A DNA stretch of 64,000 nt from Caldisericia bacterium (GCA_963674785.1 OY771555.1:1632001-1696000), one strand, 5' to 3'. Counted from the stretch's first letter, positions 37,939-48,690 are shown. Notes: generated from the sequence alone by a model not told the origin. Translations and numbers: made by a program.

Positions 37939-40900
37939 TTACGGCTCCATCTTCAATGTCATCGTAATAGTCTTTGTTGCACCATCCCATCCAACCTCTG
38001 CTCCAAGTGCCTCAGCAATAAACCTAAATGGTAACATTGTAGAACCTGAAACAATCTGAGGTGCTGGACTAACCTTTCTAGATTCATTATTAACCATAGC
38101 ATCCTCAGAGTTTACATAGAGTATAATAGTTGAATCACCAAGAGTAATAATAACAGACTTAGTAGAAGCAACCCATTCAACTTCAGCACCAAATGCCTCA
38201 GATACAGCCCTTACTGGAACCATAGTGCTTCCAGAGATAACTGTTGGAGGAGGATTAATACTTTTATCTTCACCAGATACTGTCATCACATTAGAACCAA
38301 TCTGCATAGTAACAACTAACTCATAAAGGTTTGTAACAGAAATACTTGTCCTTGTCTCATTATCGGACATATCCGTTGCTATCACTTCAAACTCATTGAT
38401 GCTTGGAGCTGCTTCGACTGGGACAGTTGCTATATAGATGTACTCTGATCTATCTTCATCTTCAACAGGATCCTTTATGGTAGGATCTGTTATTTCATCA
38501 GATGGCTCTATCTCATCATTTTCATCAATTGGTTCCTCGACTACCTCATCAGGATCAGTATCTTCAGATTCATCGTCCACGTCTTCTTCCTCGACCGTTT
38601 CCTCATCGGGTTCAGCCAGTGGGTCAATCGCCTCGATTTCACCGACCATCACAACACAAGGTTCGTCAGTTGTTATTCTTATTTCACATTCGGATGCGTT
38701 TACAAGTTCTCCAACTTCAATATCAATAATTTCAGGTGAGACATCATCGGGTGGAGTAACAAAAGTTATTGGGATTTCGATGTGTCCACCTTTTCTCCAA
38801 GACAAAACGACATTTCCATTATAGGTTTTTCCAAGTTTCAGTCCCTCTGTGTTTATGGAAACTGAAAGTTTTTCGTCTTTCATTTTTTCGAGTGTAAACT
38901 CTTCTGGTTTAACTGTTAACCATGGAGCATCTGTGTCTGCAGTTACGTCTACCCATATTGATGCAGTATTGTTTATAAGGATTGAATCTTCAAAATCAAA
39001 CTCTTCATTAAGTCTAAGTTCTTCAAGCTCCAATTCATTTGGACTAGCTTGTGGTCCTTTGGTTTTTACTTTTACCAGAACCTCAGAAGTCCCATATCCC
39101 CAGTCGACACTAATCTTTGTCTGAAGTTCGGCACCCAATGTAAGCTCTGTGCTTTCAAGACTTAAAACCAGCATTCCTGAACCTTTGCTAATCATCTTGA
39201 ATTTATCATGATCAAGAGAAAGCCAACCACATTCGTTTTCAAGTTTGACTGTGATTGGTTTAATAGATTTATTTTGGATTACCAATTCTATCTGTGGGTT
39301 TTCATCAACATCTATTAGACCAAAATCAACTTCTGTTTCGAATTCTGGATCGATTTCAGCAACTACCTCAATGCTAACCGTGGTTTTTACGGTTCCAATA
39401 GTTATGGTTATCTCGCAAGTTCCAACTGCTTTTGCTTCAATTGTTCCATCTTCGGAAACTGTACAGATTTCTTCATCGCTTGATTCAAAAATGAGTTCAG
39501 GATTAGGAATAGTGTAGCCATTTTCATCTTTTACACTTAAATCAAGAGCAAGTGTGTCTTCAATCTCTATTGTTATTTTTTCTTCATCAATTTTAATCTC
39601 AGCAGGATCACCGATTGGTGCACCTTTGAAGTTATAGATTCTTTGAGAGCCTTCACCTTCAGTCATTACCAAAACCCTGCCGTCGGCAATAGCAATATTT
39701 CCGATTGGTTCACCTTTTAATCTGTCATACTTCCAAGTAACATCTCCCATTCTTTCAATATCAAGCCTATAAATGGTAGAAAAATCATCATCTTCATTTG
39801 AAGCCGCAACAAATAGACCTCCATTTGTCACAATGCAGTCTAGCTGTATAGTTCCGCTAAGATGTTTTTTCCATTTTACAACATATTTATCTAGTGATGT
39901 ACAAATCACATCGCCGTCATGTGTTGCAAACATTAGTGCATCCTCAGTTACTGCGAAAGAGCTATATATCTCGGATTTGAACTCAGTCTTCCATACTTCT
40001 TTTTTTGTTTTAATATCAAGGCATGCGATTGTTGAGTTTTCGATTTTTCCATTCTCAAGCTCTTCATCGGTTCTCTTTTTTGCCTTGTTAACAAACAGAT
40101 ATTTTTCGTTCGCGGCTAATCCTCTATACATGTAATCATCTGATTCATTGAGAGACCATTCTTTTTTATTAGTTTTTTTATTCAAGCAAATCGTATCACC
40201 ATTATTGCTTATGATAATGTACTTATCGGTGACTATTGGGTGTGTTTCTAAAACGAATGCATCTTCGTCGGTATATATCAATTCTGCTTCTTTGCTAGAG
40301 GTTGGCATGGCGTATAAAGAGTTTTCAAAGGTGAAGTATATAGTATCATCAAATACTGTCGGTTGAGGTTGGGTATATATTGTGGTAAAGTTGAAGAGAT
40401 CATCGTTGATGATTTCTTCGAAAGTTTTCCTTCCTGTGTCTTGGTTAACGCTGCTTATCCCCTCAGGTGTTCCAAAGTAAATGCTACCATCATGCCTTAC
40501 GATAGAACAATCCTCGGCAAGCTCCTCTTCGGTTGTATTCCACCTTTTCTTAAATGTTTGAAGATTGTGGCAATACAAGTCTTCTCCTCTAAGAACAATC
40601 TTGTTATCGAAGGCATAGACATTCCTAATCTCATCTTTTGTGTTTATCTTCTGCTCCCACTCAAGATCTAAAACAGGTGAAATTGGAGCACATGGACTGT
40701 CAATTGAGTTTGAGTCGTAACTGTCTGAGTTAAGCTCATTCCACCCGTCACATTCTGTGAAATCTCCTTGTGAGCCGTCATCAGGTCTCTTGATATAGGC
40801 GTCAACACTTATATCTTTTGAGTTCCCATCCCATTTAACCGTGATTTTTCCGTATAAGATGTTTTCATCCTTAGGAATTCTATCATAATCAAGTGTAACA

Positions 40901-42333
40901 TTCACAGACATTTTTTTACCGGTATTGATTTTTAATTCGTCTTTTGATAGTTTTATCCATGATTTATTTGCAGAGAGTTCGTATGTTTGTGTTTCCTTTG
41001 AATCATTTTTTATTTCAAGCTTTCTGGTGATTGTCTCTCCCAACTCAATACTACCAAAATCTATAGAGGTTGGATTAATACTTATATTTGGGAGCCCATA
41101 ACACTCTACGCTGTCTGTTGTCGTTACATAAACTTTTCCATCGTAAATTGCTGGTGATGTTGAATAAAGAGCAATTGAGCTTGAAGACCAAAGCTTGTCG
41201 CCAGTTTTTTTGTTGTATACACAGAATTCAAATCCGCTTGTAACATATAAGTAGTCTCCACATATTGATGGAGATGACATCGTGTAGTCTGAAGAATCTT
41301 CCCAAACCAACTCCCCAGTTTCGGCATTTATACACAGAAGTGAAAAATTGCTAAAAAAAGAGAAATCTGCGGCATCTGTGAGTGAGCCCGTTATGACATA
41401 CACATACTTACCATCAGTAGACGGTTTGTTCCAAACCTTTTCATCTGTTTTGTATTCCCATTTATAATCTTTGTCTTTGATATCGTAAGCGTAAAGATTT
41501 TTTTTGTCTGAGCCAACATATAGAACTCCATCGTGATATGTAAGAGATGATCCATAAAGATCTTTGTTTACTTTTTTCCCAGTGTGTGATGATCTTCCTG
41601 TGCTGGCGTCTATGCCCCTAATTTCACCCAACATATCGACGAAATAAAGAGAACCCCCACCCTTTGCCATCGAACATGCGGCAGGAGCATAAGATTGTTT
41701 CCATTTTTTTGTTCCGTTTTTGATAGAATATGAATAGTAGTTTCCGAAGGTGTCGTTAAAGTATGCTGTATCACCATTGCTTAAAGGGGATGCCAAAAGA
41801 AATACACTATCAGCCTTAAGTTTCCAATCAATTTTTCCTGTGGCGGCTTTATAGCAAACTGCATAGCATTTATCATTTATGGAAGACTCTTTCTCAATAT
41901 CTGGAGTGGTTAAATAAAGAACTCTTCCATTATCATAAACTGGAGTTGTATTACTTCCGTATCCAGTTACAAGATCGTCTTCCCAGATAACTTTTCCTGT
42001 ATCTGCATCCAAGCAATATGCATCACCTTTTTTTGAATCCCCATATTTTACTGTAGAAACAAAAACTTTGCCATCAGCGACGATTGGAGAACCAAAACCA
42101 AGATTCTCGTTAAAAGGCGTTGACCAAAGCTTTTTAAACTGCTTGAAGTCATTATCACTTGACGCCAATGGTCCACAGCTTTCATTTATTTCAGATGTTC
42201 TTTCAGGGTTGCAGCCAAACATCGGCCAATCACAAGTGATTTCTTTTGCTGTAGCTTTATTAAAACTGATTCCGCTACCAAAAATGAGCGACAGGACAAG
42301 CAAAAAGCACAAGATCGATTTAACAGGTTTCAT
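37939..42333 (-). CDS. Large secreted double PQQ-like beta-propeller protein with Ig-like and stalk domains (paralog B)
   Basis: Same architecture as 33502-37722; DWPMFGCNPERTS; acidic insertion near the C-terminus. Confidence 0.87.
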   Translation of the reverse strand: MKPVKSILCFLLVLSLIFGSGISFNKATAKEITCDWPMFGCNPERTSEINESCGPLASSDNDFKQFKKLWSTPFNENLGFGSPIVADGKVFVSTVKYGDSKKGDAYCLDADTGKVIWEDDLVTGYGSNTTPVYDNGRVLYLTTPDIEKESSINDKCYAVCYKAATGKIDWKLKADSVFLLASPLSNGDTAYFNDTFGNYYSYSIKNGTKKWKQSYAPAACSMAKGGGSLYFVDMLGEIRGIDASTGRSSHTGKKVNKDLYGSSLTYHDGVLYVGSDKKNLYAYDIKDKDYKWEYKTDEKVWNKPSTDGKYVYVITGSLTDAADFSFFSNFSLLCINAETGELVWEDSSDYTMSSPSICGDYLYVTSGFEFCVYNKKTGDKLWSSSSIALYSTSPAIYDGKVYVTTTDSVECYGLPNISINPTSIDFGSIELGETITRKLEIKNDSKETQTYELSANKSWIKLSKDELKINTGKKMSVNVTLDYDRIPKDENILYGKITVKWDGNSKDISVDAYIKRPDDGSQGDFTECDGWNELNSDSYDSNSIDSPCAPISPVLDLEWEQKINTKDEIRNVYAFDNKIVLRGEDLYCHNLQTFKKRWNTTEEELAEDCSIVRHDGSIYFGTPEGISSVNQDTGRKTFEEIINDDLFNFTTIYTQPQPTVFDDTIYFTFENSLYAMPTSSKEAELIYTDEDAFVLETHPIVTDKYIIISNNGDTICLNKKTNKKEWSLNESDDYMYRGLAANEKYLFVNKAKKRTDEELENGKIENSTIACLDIKTKKEVWKTEFKSEIYSSFAVTEDALMFATHDGDVICTSLDKYVVKWKKHLSGTIQLDCIVTNGGLFVAASNEDDDFSTIYRLDIERMGDVTWKYDRLKGEPIGNIAIADGRVLVMTEGEGSQRIYNFKGAPIGDPAEIKIDEEKITIEIEDTLALDLSVKDENGYTIPNPELIFESSDEEICTVSEDGTIEAKAVGTCEITITIGTVKTTVSIEVVAEIDPEFETEVDFGLIDVDENPQIELVIQNKSIKPITVKLENECGWLSLDHDKFKMISKGSGMLVLSLESTELTLGAELQTKISVDWGYGTSEVLVKVKTKGPQASPNELELEELRLNEEFDFEDSILINNTASIWVDVTADTDAPWLTVKPEEFTLEKMKDEKLSVSINTEGLKLGKTYNGNVVLSWRKGGHIEIPITFVTPPDDVSPEIIDIEVGELVNASECEIRITTDEPCVVMVGEIEAIDPLAEPDEETVEEEDVDDESEDTDPDEVVEEPIDENDEIEPSDEITDPTIKDPVEDEDRSEYIYIATVPVEAAPSINEFEVIATDMSDNETRTSISVTNLYELVVTMQIGSNVMTVSGEDKSINPPPTVISGSTMVPVRAVSEAFGAEVEWVASTKSVIITLGDSTIILYVNSEDAMVNNESRKVSPAPQIVSGSTMLPFRFIAEALGAEVGWDGATKTITMTLKMEP
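37940..38424. repeat. 485-bp direct repeat, copy 2
   Basis: Reads identical by eye to 33503-33987. Confidence 0.92.
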
Positions 42334-42564
42334 AGATTCCTCCGGGATTTTTTGAGACTAAACATATCAGATTTGAAATATCAAAGAATTTCAAACAATA
42401 TTCACTTTTTTGACACCTAATCTAAGACTATTTATCCTCACTGACCTCCAATTGTCTTTAATGGTTTAAATACTACGACTCAATATAAGAAAATCAACCC
42501 AGGTAGATTCAAGTTATTAACAAACTGTAAATTTTTACAAAAAAATTGTTCGAATTGTTATAAA

Positions 42565-42598
42565 AAAAGCGACCCACATACGCTAAGGGGTCGCTTTT
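42565..42598 (-). terminator. Terminator of the rpoB-EF-G2-rpoC operon
   Basis: AAAAGCGACCC...GGGTCGCTTTT; the A-run gives a U-tract on the minus strand. Confidence 0.8.
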
Positions 42599-42618
42599 GA
42601 TTTTAAAAAAAAATTCAA

Positions 42619-45600
42619 TTATGAAGCTGGGGTTTCCTCAACTTCCATTATTACCTGTTCATCATCGTTTTCATGTTCTGAGACCACTTCGTATCCAAGG
42701 TAGTCCTCGATACCCGTTCCCGATGGAATCAATTGACCAACAATAATAGCCTCTTTGAGACCATGGATTGGGTCAATCTTTCCTTCTGCGGCTGCTTTGG
42801 AAAGCACCCTTGGAGTTTCCTGGAAACTTGCGGCTGAAAGGAATGAATCTGACGTGATAGCTGATTTTGTTACCCTTTGAAGGACTGGCTCGAATGTTAC
42901 AGGTTTTTTATTCTGGCTTTCAAGCATTCTATTTACTTCTTCGACCTCGAGTTTGTCATGGATTTCCCTTGGAATAAGATCAGAATCACCAGGATCGTTG
43001 ATTTGTACACGCCTCAACAGCTGATGGATGATTATTTCAATATGTTTGTCGTTAATATCCTGACCTTGAGATTTGTAGACCTTCTGAATTGAGGTGATCA
43101 GGTATTTTTGAGTTGCATTCATACCTTTGATCCTAAGAAGTTCATGAGGGTCAACCGGACCATCTGAAAGGTTTTGTCCTGCTTCAATTTCATCACCATC
43201 TGCAACAAGAAGTCTGACAGTGTGTGGAAGCTTATATGTTTTCTTTGTATCATCTTTGCTTGTGATTGTTATGTTCACAATATCCTGTTCTTGTTCAAGA
43301 CTCACAACACCAGAGATATCAGAGATTGGTGCCTCACCTTTTGGTTTTCGGGCTTCAAAGAGCTCCTCAACCCTTGGAAGACCAGATGTAATATCTAATC
43401 CAGCAGCACCACCAGAGTGGAATGTTTTTAGTGTGAGCTGTGTTCCAGGTTCTCCGATTGATTGAGCGGCAACAACGCCAACAGCTTCACCCATATCAAC
43501 AAGGTTTCTTGTTGATAGGTCTCTGCCATAGCATTTTGCACAAACACCCATACCGCTCTTACATGTCATTGGTGATCTTACAACAACGTGTCTTATTCCA
43601 GATTTAACTATTTCTGTGACAGCCTTTTCATCAATAATTTCGTTGTAAGGAACAACGACTTCTGCTTTGCCATTTGCAACATTGATCTCTGTGTATCCGA
43701 GGGCTTTTGCTTTCTTAAGAGTTGTTGCAGAAATCTTGCTTCCAGCCTCGTAAATCACCTCATCACGATTCATGATGTCCTGGGCAAGTGTGTCGCCGAC
43801 GATTTTTTTGTCATCAACTGAATGAGTTTTGAACTTCCAAACTTTTATATCTTCGGCAGCAGTTCTACCAAGGATTCTCTCATCGAGTTCTTCTACTATA
43901 GAATTTTCATCATATAGAGGTGTAAGTGTGATTCCTGTGATTGAGTCAACAACAACTGCTTCTTTTACACCCGCATCATCCAATTCCATAGCTTTTTTAT
44001 ACGTAATCTTTTTCCCGGCTTTGACGATTACTTCGCCAGTTAATGGGTCGTTTATATCTTCGTGAGCCTTCTTACCAACGGCCTGAATTGAGATTGGTTT
44101 GATAACTTTGCCTGCAACTATGATTGGTTTGATAACACTTTCTGTGCAATCTCTTTCTCTGATGATGACATCATGAGATACATCAACAAGTCTTCTTGTG
44201 AGGTACCCAGCATCAGAGGTTCTAAGAGCTGTGTCAGCAAGTCCCTTTCTTGTTCCTGATGTTGAGATGAAATATTCGAGAATATCGAGACCCTCTTTGA
44301 AGTTCGATTTGATTGGGAACTCAATAATCTTATTTGTTGGGTCAGCCATCAGACCTTTCATTCCACAGAGCTGACTGAGCTGTCCGGGGCTTCCACGAGC
44401 GCCGGATGTAACCATCATGTGAATTGGGTCGCCATCTTTGAAGTAAGTAGAAACCTTCTCTTTAATATCATCGGAAGCATCACGCCAAAGATCAACTACA
44501 CTTTGGTATCTTTCATCTTCTGAGATGAGTCCCTGTTCGTAGTATTCAAAAATTGAGTCGATTTTTTTCTCATTGGCTTTGATGATCTCGTCTCTTGCGG
44601 GAGGGATTACTAGATCAGAAACGCTCATTGAAATTCCGCCAGCAGTTGCCCACTCGAAACCTGTTTCCTTGATTTTATCAAGCAAAACTGCGGTAACAGC
44701 AGAACCATTGAGCCTGAAGCACTCAAGAATCTGACTCCTAAGATTATTTTTTGTCATGGATTCATTGTAGTAGGGTAGATTCCATTTTCCTGTGTATGAG
44801 TCATCGTTTGCCTGTCGGTAGACTCGACCCCTGTGAGCAACAGTAGGTTCAAGGGCTTCTCTGATGATTCCGTTGTAAAGCGCTTGTCCAACTGATGTTG
44901 TAATTGTGGTGCCGTTTCTGTCTGTTACTTCGTAGAGTTTTCCGTTTTCTCTGTAAGATTCACCGTATGGAATTCTGAATTTGATTCCATCTCGAAGCTT
45001 GAAATATCCGTGGTTATAGGCGTTATTGATTTCGTAGAAGTTGTTATAGATTTTTTCATCTGGCTCGGTGGTTGGACCCATTGTAAGATAGTAAGAGCCG
45101 AGAATAATATCTTCCTGAGGCATCATGACGGGGTTACCAGATGCTGGTGAAAGAATGGATCTTGAAGAAAGCATTAGAACCCTTGTTTCCATCTGGGCAG
45201 AAAGTGTTAGAGGAACATGAACAGCCATCTGGTCACCGTCAAAGTCGGCGTTGAAAGGGTCACAGACAAGAGGTGGGATCTGGATAGCTTTTCCTTCGCA
45301 AAGGATTGGGTCGAATGCTTCGATTCCGAGTCTGTGAAGTGTTGGAGCACGGTTGAGTAGAACTGGATGACCTTTTACAACTTCTGAAAGAATCCTGTAA
45401 ACCTCAGGATTTCTTTGTTCAACCATCGATCTGGCTTGTCTTAAGCTCTGTGTTAAACCACTTCTTACGAGTCCTTCCATCACGAAAGGTTTGAAAAGCT
45501 CAAGAGCCATTTCCTTAGGGATGCCGCACTGGTCAATCTCGAGTCTCGGATTAACAACGATTACAGAACGACCTGAGTAGTCAACACGTTTTCCAAGGAG

Positions 45601-46572
45601 GTTCTGTCTAAATCGACCTTCTTTTCCTTTGAGGGTATCAGAAAGTGATTTAAGTGGTCTGTTTGCTGTACCAAGGATTGGTCTATCTCTTTTTGAGTTG
45701 TCAAAGAGTGCGTCAACTGATTCCTGAAGCATTCGTTTTTCATTCTGAATCATGATGTCAGGAGCTTTGACTTCCATGAGCTTTTTGAGTCTTGTATTTC
45801 TGTTGATAACTCTCTGGTAAAGATCATTAAGGTCGGCGGTTGCAAATCTTCCACCATCAAGCTGAAGAAGTGGTCTGAGGTCTGGTGGGATTACAGGGAT
45901 AACATCAAGTATCATGTTTGTTGGTGTACGATTTGTATCCTTAAACGCTTTGATAACCTTGAGTCTTTTGATTGCTTTGGCTTTTTTCTGTTTTGAGGTT
46001 TCTTCAAGAACTAAAAGAAGTTCCTCTTCAAGTTTGTCAAGATCGATTTCTGAAAGAAGATCGATGATTGCCTCAGCACCTTTTTTTGCAACAAAATCAT
46101 ATTGCCTACTGTACTCACGGTATTCTTCATCTGTGAGAAGTTGCATCTTCTTAAGTGGTGCATCCATTGGGTCAACAACGACATAATTGATGAAGTAAGC
46201 AATCTTTGTGAGGACTTTGCTGGTAACGTTCAAAAGAAGTGCGATATAATGAACTGTTTTGAGATACCATGTGTGAACAACAGGTGCTGCTAGCTCGATA
46301 TGTCCAAAGCGTTCACGTCGGACTTTGTTGATTGTTACCTCAACACCACATCTATCACAGATGACGCCCTTATATCTGGCACCCTTAAATTTACCACAGC
46401 GACATTCATAATCTCTCTGTGGTCCAAAAATCTTTTCACAGAAGAGTCCGTCTGGCTCTGGCTTGAAGTTTCTGTAAGAGATGGTCTCTGATTTTTTGAC
46501 CTCTCCATGACTCCAAGACCTAATCTCTTCTGGTGAGGCAAGCAGTATCCTTACTGCTGTGTTTTTCTCCAC
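42619..46572 (-). CDS. rpoC: DNA-directed RNA polymerase beta' subunit
   Basis: Zn finger CRCG...CDRCG; GRFRQNLLGKRVDYSGR; NRAPTLHRLG; catalytic FNADFDGDQMAVH; GTG start behind AAGGGAG. Confidence 0.99.
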   Translation of the reverse strand: MEKNTAVRILLASPEEIRSWSHGEVKKSETISYRNFKPEPDGLFCEKIFGPQRDYECRCGKFKGARYKGVICDRCGVEVTINKVRRERFGHIELAAPVVHTWYLKTVHYIALLLNVTSKVLTKIAYFINYVVVDPMDAPLKKMQLLTDEEYREYSRQYDFVAKKGAEAIIDLLSEIDLDKLEEELLLVLEETSKQKKAKAIKRLKVIKAFKDTNRTPTNMILDVIPVIPPDLRPLLQLDGGRFATADLNDLYQRVINRNTRLKKLMEVKAPDIMIQNEKRMLQESVDALFDNSKRDRPILGTANRPLKSLSDTLKGKEGRFRQNLLGKRVDYSGRSVIVVNPRLEIDQCGIPKEMALELFKPFVMEGLVRSGLTQSLRQARSMVEQRNPEVYRILSEVVKGHPVLLNRAPTLHRLGIEAFDPILCEGKAIQIPPLVCDPFNADFDGDQMAVHVPLTLSAQMETRVLMLSSRSILSPASGNPVMMPQEDIILGSYYLTMGPTTEPDEKIYNNFYEINNAYNHGYFKLRDGIKFRIPYGESYRENGKLYEVTDRNGTTITTSVGQALYNGIIREALEPTVAHRGRVYRQANDDSYTGKWNLPYYNESMTKNNLRSQILECFRLNGSAVTAVLLDKIKETGFEWATAGGISMSVSDLVIPPARDEIIKANEKKIDSIFEYYEQGLISEDERYQSVVDLWRDASDDIKEKVSTYFKDGDPIHMMVTSGARGSPGQLSQLCGMKGLMADPTNKIIEFPIKSNFKEGLDILEYFISTSGTRKGLADTALRTSDAGYLTRRLVDVSHDVIIRERDCTESVIKPIIVAGKVIKPISIQAVGKKAHEDINDPLTGEVIVKAGKKITYKKAMELDDAGVKEAVVVDSITGITLTPLYDENSIVEELDERILGRTAAEDIKVWKFKTHSVDDKKIVGDTLAQDIMNRDEVIYEAGSKISATTLKKAKALGYTEINVANGKAEVVVPYNEIIDEKAVTEIVKSGIRHVVVRSPMTCKSGMGVCAKCYGRDLSTRNLVDMGEAVGVVAAQSIGEPGTQLTLKTFHSGGAAGLDITSGLPRVEELFEARKPKGEAPISDISGVVSLEQEQDIVNITITSKDDTKKTYKLPHTVRLLVADGDEIEAGQNLSDGPVDPHELLRIKGMNATQKYLITSIQKVYKSQGQDINDKHIEIIIHQLLRRVQINDPGDSDLIPREIHDKLEVEEVNRMLESQNKKPVTFEPVLQRVTKSAITSDSFLSAASFQETPRVLSKAAAEGKIDPIHGLKEAIIVGQLIPSGTGIEDYLGYEVVSEHENDDEQVIMEVEETPAS

Positions 46573-46587
46573 GAGATACTCCCTTCC

Positions 46588-48672
46588 TTATGCCTGGTTC
46601 TCTTTTTCAAGTTTTGCTTTTGCGATGACTTCTTCAGAAAGTTTTGGAGGAGCAATTTCGTAGTGATCAAATTCCATGAAGAATGAGCCACGTCCACCTG
46701 TGATCTGGTTGAGGTCGATTGCATATCTCTGAACCTCATAAAGAGGTGCTTCAGCGCTGATGACCTGTGTTCCTGCTGAAACTTCAGAACCAAGAATTCT
46801 TCCTCTCTTTGAGGAAATATCACCCATGATATCACCCATGTACTGATCTGGGACTGTGATTGTCATCTTGTAGATTGGCTCAAGGATAACAACGGTTGAT
46901 TCTTCCATTGCTTTTCTATAGGCAAGGTTTGCAGCCATTTTGAATGCCATTTCTGATGAGTCAACGGCGTGGTATGAACCATCATCAACGTTTACGTGAA
47001 TATCAACAACTGGGAATCCAGCGAGTCTACCTTCAAGGATTGCTTCTCTCCAGCCCTTCTCGATTGCAGGAAGGTAGTTTTTTGGAATTGATCCACCAAA
47101 GATTGTTTCTGTGAACTTGAAACCTTCGCCTCTTGGCAATGGTTTAACTTCACACCAGCAATCACCAAACTGACCATGTCCACCTGTCTGTTTTTTGTGT
47201 CTTCCCTGAACTCTGACAGGTTTTGTGATTGTCTCTCTGTATGGGATTTTTGGAATCTCAAGACCAATGTTTACACCGAATTTTTCAGAAAGTTTCTGAA
47301 CAGATGCCTGAAGATGGGCTTCTCCAAGTCCGCCAAGGAGGGACTCTCTGGTGTCCTCTGTTCTTCTGTAGGAGAGACTTGGGTCTTCTTCGATGAGTTT
47401 CTTGATTGCAGTACCAATTTTGTCTTCGTCTGATTTGGTTTTTGCCTTCATACTCATCTCAAGAACTGGTCTTGGGAAGTCGATTTCTTCAATTTTGATT
47501 GAATTGGCTTTATCGGCAAGTGTGTCGTTTGTAAGGGTAACTGCAAGTTTTGTCAAAACACCAATGTCGCCTGCTGCAACAAAGTCAACTGCTTCCTGTT
47601 TTTTGCCAAATGGAACACCGATAGCACTGATTCTCTCTGGCTTATCTTTGTTAATGTTTATTGGTTTTGCATTTGAGTCCATTTTGCCAGTTACAACTTT
47701 GTAGTAACTAACTCTTCCAACAAATGGGTCTGCTGATGTTTTAAAGACAAGTGATGAAAGAGGTTTTCCTTCATCGTATGCAACTTCAATTTCTTTACCT
47801 GAGGTGTCTGTTGCTTTTTCTGCTGGTCTTGCGTCTGCTGATGGAAGAAGATTTACCACACCATCAAGAATGTTTGTGACACCGATATTGTTTGTGCTTG
47901 ATGCAGCAAAAATAGGATACACGAGTCCATCTTTAATGGCTTTATTTAAAGCAGAAATAAGCTGTTCTGGTGAAGGTTCTTTGTCTTCAAGATATGCTTC
48001 CATAAGTGCTTCGTCTGTCTCGACAACAACCTCAACAAGACTTGCATAATATTCATCACGTTTGGAAACGAGGTCTGCTGGGATGTCTTCGGCTTTCATT
48101 TTCTTGCCGTTGTCTGTGAATGTGTAGGCTTTTCCGGACACTACATCGATAACACCTTTGAAGTTCTCAGCCTCACCCCATGGGAATGTGAGAACCAGTG
48201 CTGATTTTGAAAGATTCTCTGTGATTCCTTCAAGAGCCTCGTCAAAGCTAGCATTTTCTCTATCCATTTTGTTGACGACAATAAATCTTGGAAGATTTCT
48301 GTCTTCACAGAGTTTCCACATCTTTTCAGTTCCAACCTGAACTCCGCCAAGAACGTCAACAAAAATCATTGCTGAATCTGCTGCTCTGATTCCTGAAAGA
48401 GCCTCGCCAAGAAAGTCAAAGAAACCGGGAGTGTCAATAATGTTGATCTTTGTGTTTTTGTGGACAACTGGAGCAACGGTCATGTTGATTGAAATGCCTC
48501 TTTTGATTTCCTCTGGATCAAAATCTGAAATCGTGTTTCCAGATGCGGTTGATCCCATTTTATCAATGGCACCAGAATTAAAAGCAGCTGCTTCAATCCA
48601 TGTTGTTTTACCGGCTCCACCGTGTGAGCAAAGCACTACGTTTCTAATGTCTTTTGTTTCAAATGTCTTCAT
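46588..48672 (-). CDS. fusA: Elongation factor G-like protein (EF-G2 type)
   Basis: Full EF-G architecture; G1 SHGGAGKTT, G2 RGISI, G3 DTPGFFDF, G4 NKMD; domain IV KKQTGGHGQFG and DGSYHAVDSSEMAFK. Confidence 0.92.
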   Translation of the reverse strand: MKTFETKDIRNVVLCSHGGAGKTTWIEAAAFNSGAIDKMGSTASGNTISDFDPEEIKRGISINMTVAPVVHKNTKINIIDTPGFFDFLGEALSGIRAADSAMIFVDVLGGVQVGTEKMWKLCEDRNLPRFIVVNKMDRENASFDEALEGITENLSKSALVLTFPWGEAENFKGVIDVVSGKAYTFTDNGKKMKAEDIPADLVSKRDEYYASLVEVVVETDEALMEAYLEDKEPSPEQLISALNKAIKDGLVYPIFAASSTNNIGVTNILDGVVNLLPSADARPAEKATDTSGKEIEVAYDEGKPLSSLVFKTSADPFVGRVSYYKVVTGKMDSNAKPININKDKPERISAIGVPFGKKQEAVDFVAAGDIGVLTKLAVTLTNDTLADKANSIKIEEIDFPRPVLEMSMKAKTKSDEDKIGTAIKKLIEEDPSLSYRRTEDTRESLLGGLGEAHLQASVQKLSEKFGVNIGLEIPKIPYRETITKPVRVQGRHKKQTGGHGQFGDCWCEVKPLPRGEGFKFTETIFGGSIPKNYLPAIEKGWREAILEGRLAGFPVVDIHVNVDDGSYHAVDSSEMAFKMAANLAYRKAMEESTVVILEPIYKMTITVPDQYMGDIMGDISSKRGRILGSEVSAGTQVISAEAPLYEVQRYAIDLNQITGGRGSFFMEFDHYEIAPPKLSEEVIAKAKLEKENQA

Positions 48673-48690
48673 ATAAAATTCCTTCCTTGG

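Noticed and set aside
33503-38424. Diversity-generating retroelement TR/VR pair, or IS copies
   Set aside because: The copies are identical with no adenine-specific mismatches, both are in-frame coding, and no reverse transcriptase or transposase is present.
22797-42333. tRNA-anchored genomic island of secreted-protein genes
   Set aside because: No integrase, no duplicated tRNA 3' end (att site) seen, and similar gene types occur throughout the window.
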